Positions 36,732 through 50,628 of a stretch of 64,000 bases of DNA are shown here, piece by piece (position 1 is the first letter of the stretch; each line of letters opens with the position of its first letter). The stretch covers positions 248,001-312,000 of the forward strand of contig NC_090601.1 of the NCBI RefSeq assembly GCF_000497125.1. The letters are read 5' to 3'. Source of the DNA: Spironucleus salmonicida (Eukaryota). Position numbers and translations under genes: made by a program. The notes below the pieces were generated by a model that was not told where the DNA came from, ran no database searches, and worked only from the letters and a program-made list of their open reading frames with translations.

Positions 36732-39161
36732 ATGTCGATCCGCCTCATCACGGACGTGTCCTTCGAGGACTGGAGCGCCTACCTGAAATCTTCTGTAAAC
36801 CAGGTGCTGAAGTACCTCAAGACTGATCTGCACTAGATCGCGCACCTGCTCACGCCCTAGCTGTGCCTGGACACCGTCTTCGCCTTCTACAACCGCATGA
36901 TGCTGTTGCTGTCATTCAAAGCCCAGCAGCCCACCCGCTTTGCGCCTGTGCTCTCTCGCTTCATGTTCTTCGACACCGAGAAGGACGGGGCGCTGCAGCT
37001 CATCCTCGCCGAGGTATTCGGGTTCTACCACCACTTCTAGAAGCAGGCCCTCAGCATCGACGACCTCACGTCAGACGAGTTCCGGCGGCTGTATCTGAGC
37101 GTGTACGCTGTGCTCGAGCAGCACAACCTGATCCCCCTCCACTCTTTCTGCTTCGTAGGCCTGGAGCCAGACGCCGTTCAGGAGCTCACCTCCCAGGTGC
37201 TGCAGTTGCGCGGTGAGGTGGTCGAGTTCCCTGAGGATGCGACCTACGTCCTCCGCGGAGCCGAAACCTTCCTGCCGCCGGTATCCGAGGACTTCGCGGC
37301 GCTCCGCCAAGGCAAGTAGATCCAGTTCGTAGACGTGCTGCGGACCAACAAGTATTTCCTGCGGCTGGTGGAGAAGCCCGACGACCGCAAGAACGCGCTG
37401 GTCCACGCGCGCTGCACGCCGCCAGAGTTTGACTTCGTGATGAACATCAAGGACTTCCTCGCCGTGCGCCAGCGCCAGGTGGGGAACAACACGCGCGAGC
37501 TGGACGATTTCATGGATGACATATACTGGCAAGGCATCCAGCAGTAGGCGCTGATTCTCCCGCCGCGCTTCGTGCAGGACTCGCACTTCTTCAACCAGCT
37601 ACTGGACCCCTATGACTACCTTACGTCCGTGCAGGAGGTGGAGATCGAGCGCATCCAGGCGAAGTTTTGCAAGGCTAAGAAATCAGATGAGTTCCAGATC
37701 AATTAGCAGCAGTCGGAGCTGCAAAAGTTCGTCCACGCCTGGCAGTGCAAGATGCGCCAGGCCGAGAACAAGCCAGCCAACCGCCATCAGATTTCCCGCA
37801 ACATCGTGCGCGGGTTCGAGAGCTACAACCAGGACGGCGGCATTCTCAACAACAGCCGGCTTATGGGTGGCGACCGTGAGCGGTTGGTGCGCGCTCAGAG
37901 CTTCCGGCAGAGCAACGTGCCCATCCAGCAGATCATCCAGCAGCAGCAATTCATCGATCAGAATGGGGAGCTGCACAGCCACCTCGCAGTGCTCGGCACC
38001 AGCGGGGTCATGCTTGCGGGCCAACCTTTCTGCGGAAAGCAGTAGGGGGTGTACCGCGACAGCTCGAAGCGGGGCAAGAAGGACGAGAACCTCGTCAACT
38101 TCTACATCCGCTACTTCAGCAAGCTGGACTTCACCATCACCTGCAACGTGAACGAGAGCATCGCCATCCTCCACAACGAGCCCATGCCCTTCCAGCTCTT
38201 GGCGGAGGAGCAGCCGCTTGGCCGATCCAGCGTACGCTACGCCTATGGGGAGTCTAAGTTCGCCCGCCAGCTGCAGGATGACGTGTACCTGCGCCCTCCG
38301 GTGCAGGCCGAGCGCCGCAAACTATTGCAGCAGGACCCTACCTGGTTCTCACCCGCCGGTGTATCCCAGTTCGAGCGCGACTTCTTCGCCACCTGTGGCC
38401 CGCCGCCGGACTGGGACCAGTTCCTGATGGACCGCAACCTGCTAATCTGCACATACCGTGCTCTGCCACACATCCACCTGCGCTTCTCGCCATGCCTGGA
38501 GTTCCTCGGCCTCGATTACCGTGGGGCACGGGCGTTGTATGACTTTCTGGGGGCCCACCGGCTCATCAACGATGACCGCCTCGTGCTCAAGTAGACCATC
38601 CCAAGCCAGCCATACCGCGAGAGCCCGCTTCCACCGCGCTTCGGTTTCACCTGCGGCTTCTGCTCCGCCAGCCTCAAGGAGTTCTGCTACTTCTTTGCAT
38701 AGACTCAGCAACCAGCGGAGCACCAGCCCCAGATCCTGTGCGATGTGTGCTACCAGTGCGCCGGACAGAGCATACAGGCCAAGTACCTCCACCTGCGCCC
38801 CCGTGCCATTGACACGCATAACAAGTTTATCATCGCGGATGCGTTCCGGCGCACCGCGGGACTCGGGTGGCTCACAGCCATCAAGATCGCAGCTGAGGTT
38901 GGCGGCGTGAGCAAAAACGACGTTCTCTGCATCGTCGCGGAGTATGGGTACGGAGAGCGCTCCCCAGTCGAGCAGCGGGCTGAGAGCTACGACCGCTGGG
39001 AAGAGGAGGCCATCCAGGGGTTTGGCCGCCGCGGGGTTGCAGTGCAGAAGGGTCACGGGCGCGAGGCAGTGATGGCGAACGCGATCGTCAGCGGCAAGCG
39101 GGAGTTGGCGAAGGCGCTGCAGGAGATGGAGGTGTACCTGAACCTGCTCAGCGCGATGTGA
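36732..39161 (+). CDS. SWI/SNF subunit SMARCC/Swi3-like, 809 aa (copy 2)
   Basis: One frame with TAG=Gln. SWIRM: PTWFSPAGVSQFERDFF...RNLLICTYR...ALYDFLGAHRLIN. ZZ-like: CGFC...LCDVCY. N-terminal DGALQLILA and LVH segments resemble the BAF155/170 N-terminal module. Confidence 0.75.
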
Positions 39162-39170
39162 CGAATGCTC

Positions 39171-40046
39171 TCACTTCCCTCTCGCCACCAGTCTCCGGTA
39201 AAGGTCCGGCATTTCCATCAGATGCCCAAAGCCCGTCGAGGGTGCGAAGGCCTCCTCGCGGCCCAAGTAGCGGAGCAGTGTGGTCAGGTTCCCTGGGATG
39301 TGTCCATGGGCAAACTCCACCTCTGCCCCCTCGATATTTAGGGTCCGCAGCCTCCGGGAAGCCCGAAGGTCCAGGTGCACGTCCGCCGAGTAGGAGACGT
39401 CCAGCTCCTGGAGGTGGCGCTGACCAGCCACCACCAGCCCCGGTACCGTGCCGGAGCACCTCATCCGTACAAGCGTTTGCGGCAGGAAGGGGGGTGCTGT
39501 TAGGCCAGTGTCAGAGAGGTCCAGGTCCTCGATCAGACTGTGTGACAGGTCGATGCCAAGTAATCCGACGTTGCAGACCGCCAGACTCCGCAGCGACTGG
39601 GGCACGGCCCGCACAGATACAGCCTCGTTGCTCGAAAGGTCCAGATGCGCGAGGGATCCGGCAGCCCTCAGATCTAGAGTCACGGTACCGGCACTCCGGA
39701 TGCTCATACATACCACCCCTGCTGGTACTGCACCGTCCTTCACGAAAACGGGGTTACCCTCCGACGAGAAGTCCCGCAGCCGCGCGAGCAAGCGGAAGTC
39801 AACGAACCGCAGGTCGCAGGGTCCCAGCTCGACTTCCTGCAACGAGAACGGGAGGAAGCTGCTTGCTATCGTCAGCGTACTGCCGGTGGCCCGGAGCCGC
39901 GCGAGGGATCGGAAGGGCCGCAGGTCGAGGGGCCCGATCCGGACGTTAACGAGGTTAATGCTGGTGATTGATTCGGCGCCGGCGGTGCCCTCCAACGGGA
40001 GGGAGTCCAGAGGTGAGTTCTCGCAGCGTACCTCAAACGGGTGCAT
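39171..40046 (-). CDS. Leucine-rich repeat protein, 291 aa (copy 2)
   Basis: Translation identical to 29173-30048. Confidence 0.8.
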   Translation of the reverse strand: MHPFEVRCENSPLDSLPLEGTAGAESITSINLVNVRIGPLDLRPFRSLARLRATGSTLTIASSFLPFSLQEVELGPCDLRFVDFRLLARLRDFSSEGNPVFVKDGAVPAGVVCMSIRSAGTVTLDLRAAGSLAHLDLSSNEAVSVRAVPQSLRSLAVCNVGLLGIDLSHSLIEDLDLSDTGLTAPPFLPQTLVRMRCSGTVPGLVVAGQRHLQELDVSYSADVHLDLRASRRLRTLNIEGAEVEFAHGHIPGNLTTLLRYLGREEAFAPSTGFGHLMEMPDLYRRLVARGK

Positions 40047-40087
40047 TTTCGCTCCAGCGGTTGGTGACAGCGCATGCTCACTCAGGG

Positions 40088-40630
40088 TCAGAAGTATACG
40101 GCCTTGGGTTCCATCATGGACCTGTGCTCCGCTACCCGGTGCTGGATCTCCCCCAGCTCCTTGGTGAGCTGGGTCTGCTTCTTCTTCAGGAAGTAGCTCA
40201 GCACACCCAGCGCGAAGACCGCGACCACGACAGCCACGATGATCCAGACGTAGCTTGGCACGCTGTAGTTGGCGGAGGCCAGCGACTAGTCATATTAATA
40301 TGCCATCAATAGCGACTAGGCGGTGAGCTTCTGGAAGACCCCCACAACGATGACGCACTCCGCCGTCTGCATCAGGTGCATCATGCGGACGCACTCGTCG
40401 AGAGATGGATCCTGCTCGCATAGGAACTCATGGTGCACCACCCCGTCGGGGCCGATGACTGCGGTTGCCTGGAAAACCCAGGTGGTCTTCCTGACCATGA
40501 AGCTCAGGTTCAGGTTCACCGGATGGTCCAGCAGGAACCTCGAGTCCTGCAGGCTCACGGTTGTCTGCAGGCTGTATCCAGTGCCGACGATGGCAACGGT
40601 CTGCTAGGTTTGCAGTGCCAGGAAAATCAT
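40088..40630 (-). CDS. Small type I membrane protein, 180 aa (copy 2)
   Basis: Mirror of 28589-29131. Confidence 0.7.
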
Positions 40631-40779
40631 TTTTAGAGTGGGTTGTAAATGGAACCTGGAAGTGTCCAGATGTTACAACAGAACTGTTGTGGTATACTGC
40701 ACAAGTATGTTAGGGAGGTTTTTGGTTTTTACGAAATTTCTAATAATACATATACCAGCGTTTACAAACAAAATCCAAA

Positions 40780-41877
40780 TCACATTACGCCCACTCGGGG
40801 GCGCGACTTCATGCCGTAGGGGCTCAGCGCCCGGATCTGCTCGATGCTGCTCACACACCGCCGCGTCTAAGGCGATTGTCCCACCGGAATCGCCACGAAG
40901 GAGGTGGCGGGCTACAGGATGCGCGACCTGCCCGCTTTCCGGATCTGTGCCAACGTTCCCGCCTTGGGAAGCGGCTGGATGGGCGCCTGCTTCTGGACTA
41001 GCTTCATCTCGGGCTCCATAACCTCCACAATCAAGCTTGCCGGCTGTATGTGGGCTTTGCGCGGCAGTCGCACCTCCACCGCGGGCGCATCAGAGCGCTG
41101 GACGTCATTGTAGAAGCTCTGGTAGATGTATCCCTTGGTATTGATGGAGAACTGAATCTACTGCTGCTGGAACTTGAGGTTACGCTCCTTCTTGAGGGCC
41201 AGCTTCATCTGGAGCAGCTCCTTCTCCAGCTCGAGCTGGCGCTGCTTGTCCTCCAGGGACTTCTGGACCTGGTGGTCCAGCCGCTCGGCCTCCGCCTTCC
41301 TGCGCTCGTAGGCCTCCTGCTTCCGGCTGGTCAAGGCTTGCTCCCGCTCCTGCTCGGGTGTCAGCTTGCTGGCGGCAGCGGCGGCCTCCGCGGCAATGCG
41401 CTGCCGCTCCAGCTCCTCTGCGGCCTTCGTCTCGGCGAGGATCCGCACGCGCTCAGCCTCCTCCATAGCGCGTCGCTCTTGCGCCACGCGAATTTGTTCT
41501 AGGCGCTCATTCTCGATGATGGTGCACAGCATATCGATGTAGGATGCCAGCAAGGGCGCTGGCTGCACGAAGATGGGGTTCCGCACCCGGGTACCAAAGT
41601 AGTCATGCGCATAGCCCTCGTCGAACGGTGCGAGTGCCGACTCGATGTAGCGGTCCATGTGAGACAGGTCCATCCCGCTGAATTCCATTGCGGGGTCGAA
41701 GTTGGCGTTCTCCCGTGCCTTCAGCTTCAATAGCCCCTCAGAGACCAGCGGCGGCCCGACCTGGTGCTTCTCCCCGTATACCTGGTCCTGTAGAAACACG
41801 TTCATGCATACATGCTGCATCACCTTCAGCTGGACGTACCCCGTGTTCACATTCGCCTGCAACTGCTTCGTGATCAC
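40780..41877 (-). pseudogene. 5'-truncated copy of the 25962-28439 gene; could encode about 346 aa from ATG 41820
   Basis: Only the 3' part is duplicated, and an in-frame TGA lies just upstream of the arm edge. Confidence 0.65.
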
Positions 41878-41975
41878 TGTGTTCTCACTGTAATTATTCT
41901 AATTTCATTGGTTAATCTATATTAATATTTTAATCAAAATATAGTAAATAGGTATAAAACTTCATGAAATCAGAA

Positions 41976-43211
41976 TCATTAGATCATCGGTATTTCAATT
42001 TCTGGTTCATTAGTAGATTGATCTAAAGCGATTAATTTTCTATTATTTACATATTTAATAACTTTCAAAATAATATACCATACTATTGCTAATGGGATAC
42101 TTGATATTAGTAAAATAGAATATGTTGACAGTGTGAATCTAAATTTTTTTAAGCTGCTGATTGGTTTATATAAGTAGCTGTAATTTTAATAATATTTAGT
42201 CTAAAAATTAGGACAATATCCTGTAACATAAATCAAAAAATTATCTACATCCAAAATTACGTTATATAGGCCCTATGAATGCCCATTTTTAAATTATACT
42301 TATTTACAAAACTCACCCCTACATAATTTTAACTAATCACTACACATAAATATATGGTTTACTAAATTTATTTATTTATTATTAAACTTTAAATTGATGT
42401 CAGTGTAATTAGCTAAATCTATATTCTAAGTTTGTGTTAAATTAAGTCTCTTATTTTAAATTATTAAAATTTAATTAATTATCTTTATAATAGAATCTTT
42501 ATTATCTTCTAGTATTACTTCATTTTTATTTAAAACACCTTTGAATAGTTTACTTTTAAAAAGTAATTATTAATCTTAGGCTTAGATTTAATTATAAGTA
42601 ATTTGGTCATAGGTTTTATAAAAATAATTCTCAATATTAGTTTTCCTAAGGTAAAATTAAGGGGAAAATATATGATAAAAAGGAATTCTATTTTAACCAT
42701 AATAATTATAAGGATAATCAATAGAATCTACATCAAGTAATTTGTTTGGTCTTGTTGATGTAATATCTAGTGAAGAACTATTCTGAAAAACCAAATAATC
42801 AGTTTCGAATAAGCCAATGTTGTTTTATACTGAAAAAAAATATGTCCCAACTGTATTTTTGACTATATCAACATTAAATGTTGTCGTACAGTTGATTTCT
42901 GGAAAAATAATATGAGGTTATTTGCAGAAAATTAATTTTGAAGAAAATTAAGTTTTATCATAGGTTACTGTCAAAAGTGTAGGATTAACTGCAATCTTTA
43001 TACCTGAATTTTACAGTGACTGGTTAAGGCAGTTGTTTTAATAGCAAATTTAACTACACAAATACACAAGTTTTATTTATTTATCAGGTAAAGACGAATA
43101 CTATAACTTGTAGTCTAAATCCCAACAGGGTTATATAGTATATTCGATATACTCAGTTTATTCAGACCTAAATATCATACTTTATTCTAAAAATTCTATG
43201 AAAATTAACAT
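41976..43211 (-). CDS. Type I membrane protein, 411 aa
   Basis: Fully open frame; C-terminal TM segment YSILLISSIPLAIVWYIIL. Confidence 0.7.
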
Positions 43212-43299
43212 GTGGAATTATTCAAATACAATGGACCAAAAGTGATTTGTTAAATTCAAATATATACAGTATTATATATATATTGATAAGGAATAATAA

Positions 43300-43992
43300 A
43301 TGTTTAAATCTATTGAAATATTATAACTTTATGTTGGTCATTATATAACACCATCTGTTATATAAAATTTATCATAATTAACCAATTTAACATAGAATTA
43401 TCTACTAGATTTTTTTAAAAATGAAAATAGAAATATTTCTACACAGTATGATAGTTCTGCAGTTTATTAGTTTAAATTTACTCAATATCAACTTTTGAAA
43501 TATGCATATTTATTAGAAGGGTTATCATCATAAAAGTTCAATAATATTATGCATACATATCTTTATAAAAAATTAGGAAATAATTAGTTATAGTAAATTA
43601 GTTAGTAAATGGAATTGAACCGAATAGCTGTTAAATTCTTGCTTTATTTTGTTTAATTTTAACGTTTTCCGTAAAGTTTAGATTTTATGCTTAGAACAGC
43701 GGTTGATAATAATAAAATAGGCGAGCTATTAGTCAATTTAGAAAAATTAAAAGGAATATAAGCAATATTCACGAAATGGAGAATTGGAAGCTTATACAAT
43801 ATAAATCTATTCAATCATTTAGAGTTAATTGATATTGAAAATTAAAGTGGATTAGTTTTAGTTCCTATTAATATGTCAAAATTACTAAATATTGGTGCAG
43901 ATGTAAGATTTGCCTAGCAATTAAGTAATTTTTATTAAGGTTAACAAGAAATATTTTGGGGATTTCCTAGAACGGATACTATTGATATCTGA
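43300..43992 (+). CDS. Hypothetical protein, 230 aa
   Basis: ATG 43300 in frame with TGA 43990. Confidence 0.65.
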
Positions 43993-44009
43993 ATATTTAG
44001 AATTATAAC

Positions 44010-45035
44010 TCATTAATACTCACTGAAATTAAAACCTCTATCCAAGCCTCTCTTAACCACTTAAAATGTAGTTATTACCCTCAAAATTTCAGTTTCTTTT
44101 GCATAATATACATCTTTCTTACCATTAATAGTAGTGATTTGTACACTATAGTTTTCCTTTTTTGTTTCACCTTGCTTGATATCCGTTATCACAATACCAG
44201 TTGTCTGCCCACATCCTTTCCTTTAAGAAATAGTAATCTAATTTAGCACTTATATTACCAAAAATACAGCTTTCTTTTTACTGTTTTTGCATTACAAGCC
44301 TTTCATCAAAGCTTTGCATGAATTTTCAAATGTCAACAAATCGATTTCAGTTTAGTTATTACTATTCACTATAATTTTAAGTTTACTAGCTTCTTTCAAT
44401 GATTTAGATATTGGCTCTGGTATTTGTTCAAAAATAACCTTACATTCTGGTTATGTAGATTCTTCCGAAATCTCCAAAACACGTTATTAGTGAGTCTACT
44501 ATAAATTCTATTTCTAACTTCCTTCTAGTATTCTTCCTATTTCTTATAGCTTCCTTGAGAAATATAACATACTAAATACCTCATCACATGCTTAAATATT
44601 TTAAAAACTAAATTTAAAAACTTAAAATTAATTAACAATTTAAATTTCTTATATTTTATTACTGAATGTGAATCCACAATATTATAGCTAAAATGTAAAA
44701 TCTGGCATGGAAATGTTTAAAAAATCTTATTAGAAATTAAGATAAATATTTTTATCATTTAATTTACAATGGAAATGAATTTCTGGCATAAGATCTCGAT
44801 GTAAAAAGTGTGATAAATTTAAAACAAATTTAGAAAAGACATCAATCTATTATCTGTTTGATGATATTTAAATGACATTTTATAAGTTATCAATTTTTAA
44901 GGAATTTGAATCTGTTTTTACTTAAGCTATTAGCAAGTGTGAAATTTAAGTAAAGAGGTATAAGAAATTATTTTTCAGGAGGATTATACAGGCTTGGTTT
45001 GAGTGATTTAGTAATTGGCCAGGAAAGAAGAGCAT
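44010..45035 (-). CDS. Hypothetical protein, 341 aa
   Basis: Open frame with TAR=Gln; start inferred. Confidence 0.6.
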
Positions 45036-45156
45036 TTAAAAATTTATATTTAATTACGATAATAATATAATAATAATTAAAAATAAAAACTAAAAATAAT
45101 TATTATATATAAACATAAGTGTAATTAAAAGACTAAATATTAGATAAATACTTTTC

Positions 45157-45840
45157 TCACTTTCTAGCTAAAGAATAATTAAGGCTACAGGAACCTGGAA
45201 CAATTAGCTTATCTCCAGGACCATTCCAGCCCTCGCAACTAACTTATGTATTCGAAAACTTAAATCCTTTTGGCAAGTTTGAGTTGCATTTCCAAATTAT
45301 TCCTTGACCATCCCAACCATTATTAGCACAAACGACCTCATCTAAATACATTTAATATAATCCATTTTACTATAATTAATTGTAAACTTCCCCTCTTCGG
45401 GATTTTGTCCTTTCACTCTTTTTGAATAGCAAAGTTTGAATATCCCGTAAAATGATTGGCTGTGAGTTTTGATTCTCAAAATTGTGCTATTATTAGTTAC
45501 GAAAATTGCTATAATTGTAGTCATTTTATTCATGATGTATAGGGTCTTAGCGGCTTTCTGCAACAGTTTCATAAATATTATACTAAGGGCTTATTTGACA
45601 CGAATCTAAATAATATCTATTATTATCATCTTTTACACATTATATTTTAAAGTTGAATATTTACTGATCTTTTTAGTCAAAACATTTCCAAGATTCTCTA
45701 TGGTTCTAACAATATATAGTTTGGAAATGATATTTGTTATTATTTATCTTATCCTGCTAAAATGTGACCTCTGTAACTTAATCTAAGTACTTACTAGAGT
45801 TTTATTCACCCAGAAATAAATCAATAAGCAAGCCAAGCAT
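45157..45840 (-). CDS. SARAF (TMEM66/DUF1183) luminal-domain-like protein, 227 aa
   Basis: ILRDIQTL...SRR...VCANNGWDGQGIIWKC...FKFSNTQVSCEGW...GSCSLNYSL matches the SARAF luminal pattern CQNKGWDG..QWEC...VSCEGY...GSCGLEY. Confidence 0.8.
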
Positions 45841-45912
45841 TTTTGAAAAGCTTGGTTGACGAATAATACGAAACTAGAATACATATATTTGTATATGTAA
45901 TTATATATTTGT

Positions 45913-46674
45913 TCACTTTTCGCTTCCTTTCTAAATTAAATTCCGTGTTTATTTGATTATATCTTCTAATGAACTTAACGGTTAGTCTTTTTCTATTAGC
46001 TATTGTTTTAATGACTCATTTTCTAACTATAACATTTTAATTTAATTTTATGTTTTGAGGTTTTCTAATTAAATTTCATTTTATATTTCTACAATTAATT
46101 CTTACTGTTATAAATTAAATTATTCCTCTTCTTGCAATTTCTCTTTTATATTTAAAACTTCTTCTTATAAACCTTTGATAATATATTCATATTATTATTC
46201 TTTTTAGATATCTTTTCCTAACTTGATCATTTAGTGTTCTACTATTTGGTCAGATTGCTTCATAGGGGTTTTTACATCTTCCTTCTATTACACAGACGGT
46301 TGTTATTTACTAGTAGATGCCTAAAAACTTATAAGTTAACCTTTTAGTACATGAAACTTATTAACAATAACATCTTACTATTTTAGTAGATATTACAGTT
46401 CACTAATTGCTGATTTTGCAGTTAATGTAACATCAGCATTGGCTTAAGATAATAATGATTTTATTACAAGCTGCAAATCTTTTACTTCATTTATATTTTT
46501 ATTAACATGAATCAGGATAAGTTATACGGTTTCTTATATATCTGTTTATTCTGATTTAGCTGTAGATAAAAGAATTTGCACATGTTTGTCAGCATTTTCA
46601 ATAAACTTATTTAATGAGTCTATTCGGCACTGAATTTCAAATATAGCTGGTTTTAATGACTCGAGTAAGGACAT
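45913..46674 (-). CDS. Hypothetical coiled-coil protein, 253 aa
   Basis: ATG 46674 in frame with an AGTGA stop. Confidence 0.65.
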
Positions 46675-46726
46675 TAAATTATGAAGTGATTATATTTTAG
46701 CTGTATTATTATATAATAATTGTTAA

Positions 46727-47773
46727 TCATCTCGTCAATCTCATTTCCATAACAAATTTTTACAATTCCTATAATTCTTTGTTATTGTTAAATGCTTCTC
46801 TTACACTACTAACTAAGATATCAATACAGTCAACTAGTTCTTTTTTCATATCTTCTCTATTAAACTCAGAAGTTAAAAATCCAGTCTCTAGTGTTTCATA
46901 TGTAGGATATGATTTGGAATTAATTTTAATATCTCTATTAAAATTACCTAAAGTGACTTCCTTGGCACCATACACAATGTATTTAAAATACTCTAAGACT
47001 GGGTTATTTTCGACTTAAAGTTCACAATCAGCACCCATAACTTTTTCTGCGATATCTTCTCTAGAATCATCCATAAAAACAGCACTACCCTTTACACTTT
47101 TACTCATTTTCCCACCAATGAGGCCTAGTAGCATGTGATGACTAACTATAACTGGCTTTTATATTTTAATTTTACCGGCAAAATCTCTAGCTAACATATT
47201 AACTTTACGTTAATCCATTCCTAATTGACAGATATCTACACTGAGCTCAAATACATCAGCGGCTTACATACATGGATAAAGTATCTATGCAATAGGTTAA
47301 TTATCACTTTCCTATCTTCCTAAAGCAGTACTACATCTTTAAGACCTAGCCAAGTTAAAGTTTCTTGCAATTTATATTACACGTTTAAAATAGTTTTTAT
47401 CATTTTTAATAAAGTCAGAATTCCAAACAAATTCAACGGCATTCATATCCATTCCTACAGCTTTCCAAACTTCAATAAAATAGTTACCTAATTTATTTAT
47501 AGCCTCCAAATTACCTGCACATTTACCATTAAGTAGAGCAAACCAATCTGCCACATAAAATAATGATTTACATCCACATTAGGCCATTCTATTAACATTA
47601 ATGGCTTTCATAAGTCCTTATGCAATATGTATACGACCGGAAGGTTCAAATCCATCATAAACTAATGGTGAAGGTTTTGTTGTTAACAGTTAACTAAGAT
47701 CAGTGACATCAAGTATTTCTTCACCGACACGATTAAAAATTGCTAACTTTTCTTCTAAAGTTAATTATGACAT
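46727..47773 (-). CDS. TyrRS: Tyrosyl-tRNA synthetase, 348 aa
   Basis: YDGFEPSGRIHIAQG, ADWFA, YPCMQAAD, QLGMDQRK, HHML, KMSKS. Confidence 0.96.
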
Positions 47774-47847
47774 ATTTGCGAAAGGGAATAATAAAGAGTA
47801 AATAATATTAATTTGTGTATAAAACAAAATAAATATCAAGAAAATAA

Positions 47848-48579
47848 TCATTACGCCTTAGTACTAATGCAGTCTTAGAGTTAATCAATTGATGGCTACT
47901 TCCAATCTTCTACTAGCTACTATAATAAACTCCAATTGATTTCACAGTTAACTTATTCAAAAAACTGATCATCCTGCTAAATTTTAGCAAATAATCCAAC
48001 ATTGATAGCATTGTTTTTTAAATACAAACTATGCAAACATAGTCGTTCGCCTTCATTAATTTAACCATATGTTTTATCACCTAATATAGAACTTCCAGCA
48101 AACTTACAATGAACTCTTAATTAGTGTCTTCTACCTGTTATAGGTTTTAATAGTACTAATTATCTACCTGAATCAGGATCAAGGAATAAGCTGTAAATAA
48201 AAGTTTCCGATTACTTATCACCACCAATTGTCATTTTAAACTTTTTAAAGTCATTAATATCATCACATATTGGCTAGTCAACTTGAAATTGATTAATTTC
48301 CTCATGTAAAACAGCAAGATAGAATTTAGCTGTTTTTCTTTATTAAAATTCTTTAGCAGCAGCAGCTGCTGCCTTTTTGGTTTTCGCTAATAAAAGTATA
48401 CCTGATGTTGGTGAGTCTAGTTAATGTACCAGTTTATGAGGCTAAGGGACCAATTTCTCAACTGTAAATAGATGATTTCCATCTACTGGTACATTAGGAG
48501 GCTTATTAATTACTATATAGTCATCAGTATCTAAAATGATTTAAATTTGCGGTGAAGTTTCTTATATTTAATCAGTCAT
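47848..48579 (-). CDS. RluA-family pseudouridine synthase (HQLD, RPUSD1-like), 243 aa
   Basis: INKP, HQLDSPTSGILLLAK, TGRRHQLRVH, ILGD.TYG, LCLH. Confidence 0.9.
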
Positions 48580-48599
48580 TAAAATATCAGTTCAAATAA

Positions 48600-50297
<1,698 letters not shown>

Positions 50298-50628
50298 TTG
50301 TCTTAATTTGAGGAAGTTATTTATCATTCAGCTATAGCTTAAGTTCTCTCATTTATACATTACTGAAAATGAGTCACACTTTTCATTTAATTCAAAAATA
50401 CGTTAACATATGTCTAAAGTTTTAATGATAAGTTATTTGATTTTAAATGAGTAAGCCCATAGTAATTCCAATAAATATGATCTTTCAGAATATTTCTAAT
50501 ATTATCTATTTAAGTTCATTATCTTTCACAAGTACTAATATAGTTCAATTTTAGAATAGTTCATAAACAATTTAATGTATATATAATTTTTAAAATATAT
50601 AATATCCTAATAACTTTGCAAAATCAAA

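Larger units (their letters stand above)
36530..41872. repeat. Right arm of large inverted repeat (5343 bp, GC-rich)
   Basis: Reverse complement of 27347-32689. Confidence 0.97.

Noticed and set aside
27347-41872. Transposon, Polinton or viral element with terminal inverted repeats, or a foreign GC-rich island
   Set aside because: No transposase, integrase, polymerase or capsid motifs and no target-site duplication seen; arm edges cut through host genes that continue in frame into AT-rich DNA.
27300-41900. Dozens of overlapping ORF-track entries in the GC-rich arms
   Set aside because: Shadow frames caused by high GC; with TAR=Gln one coherent frame per gene explains the region.
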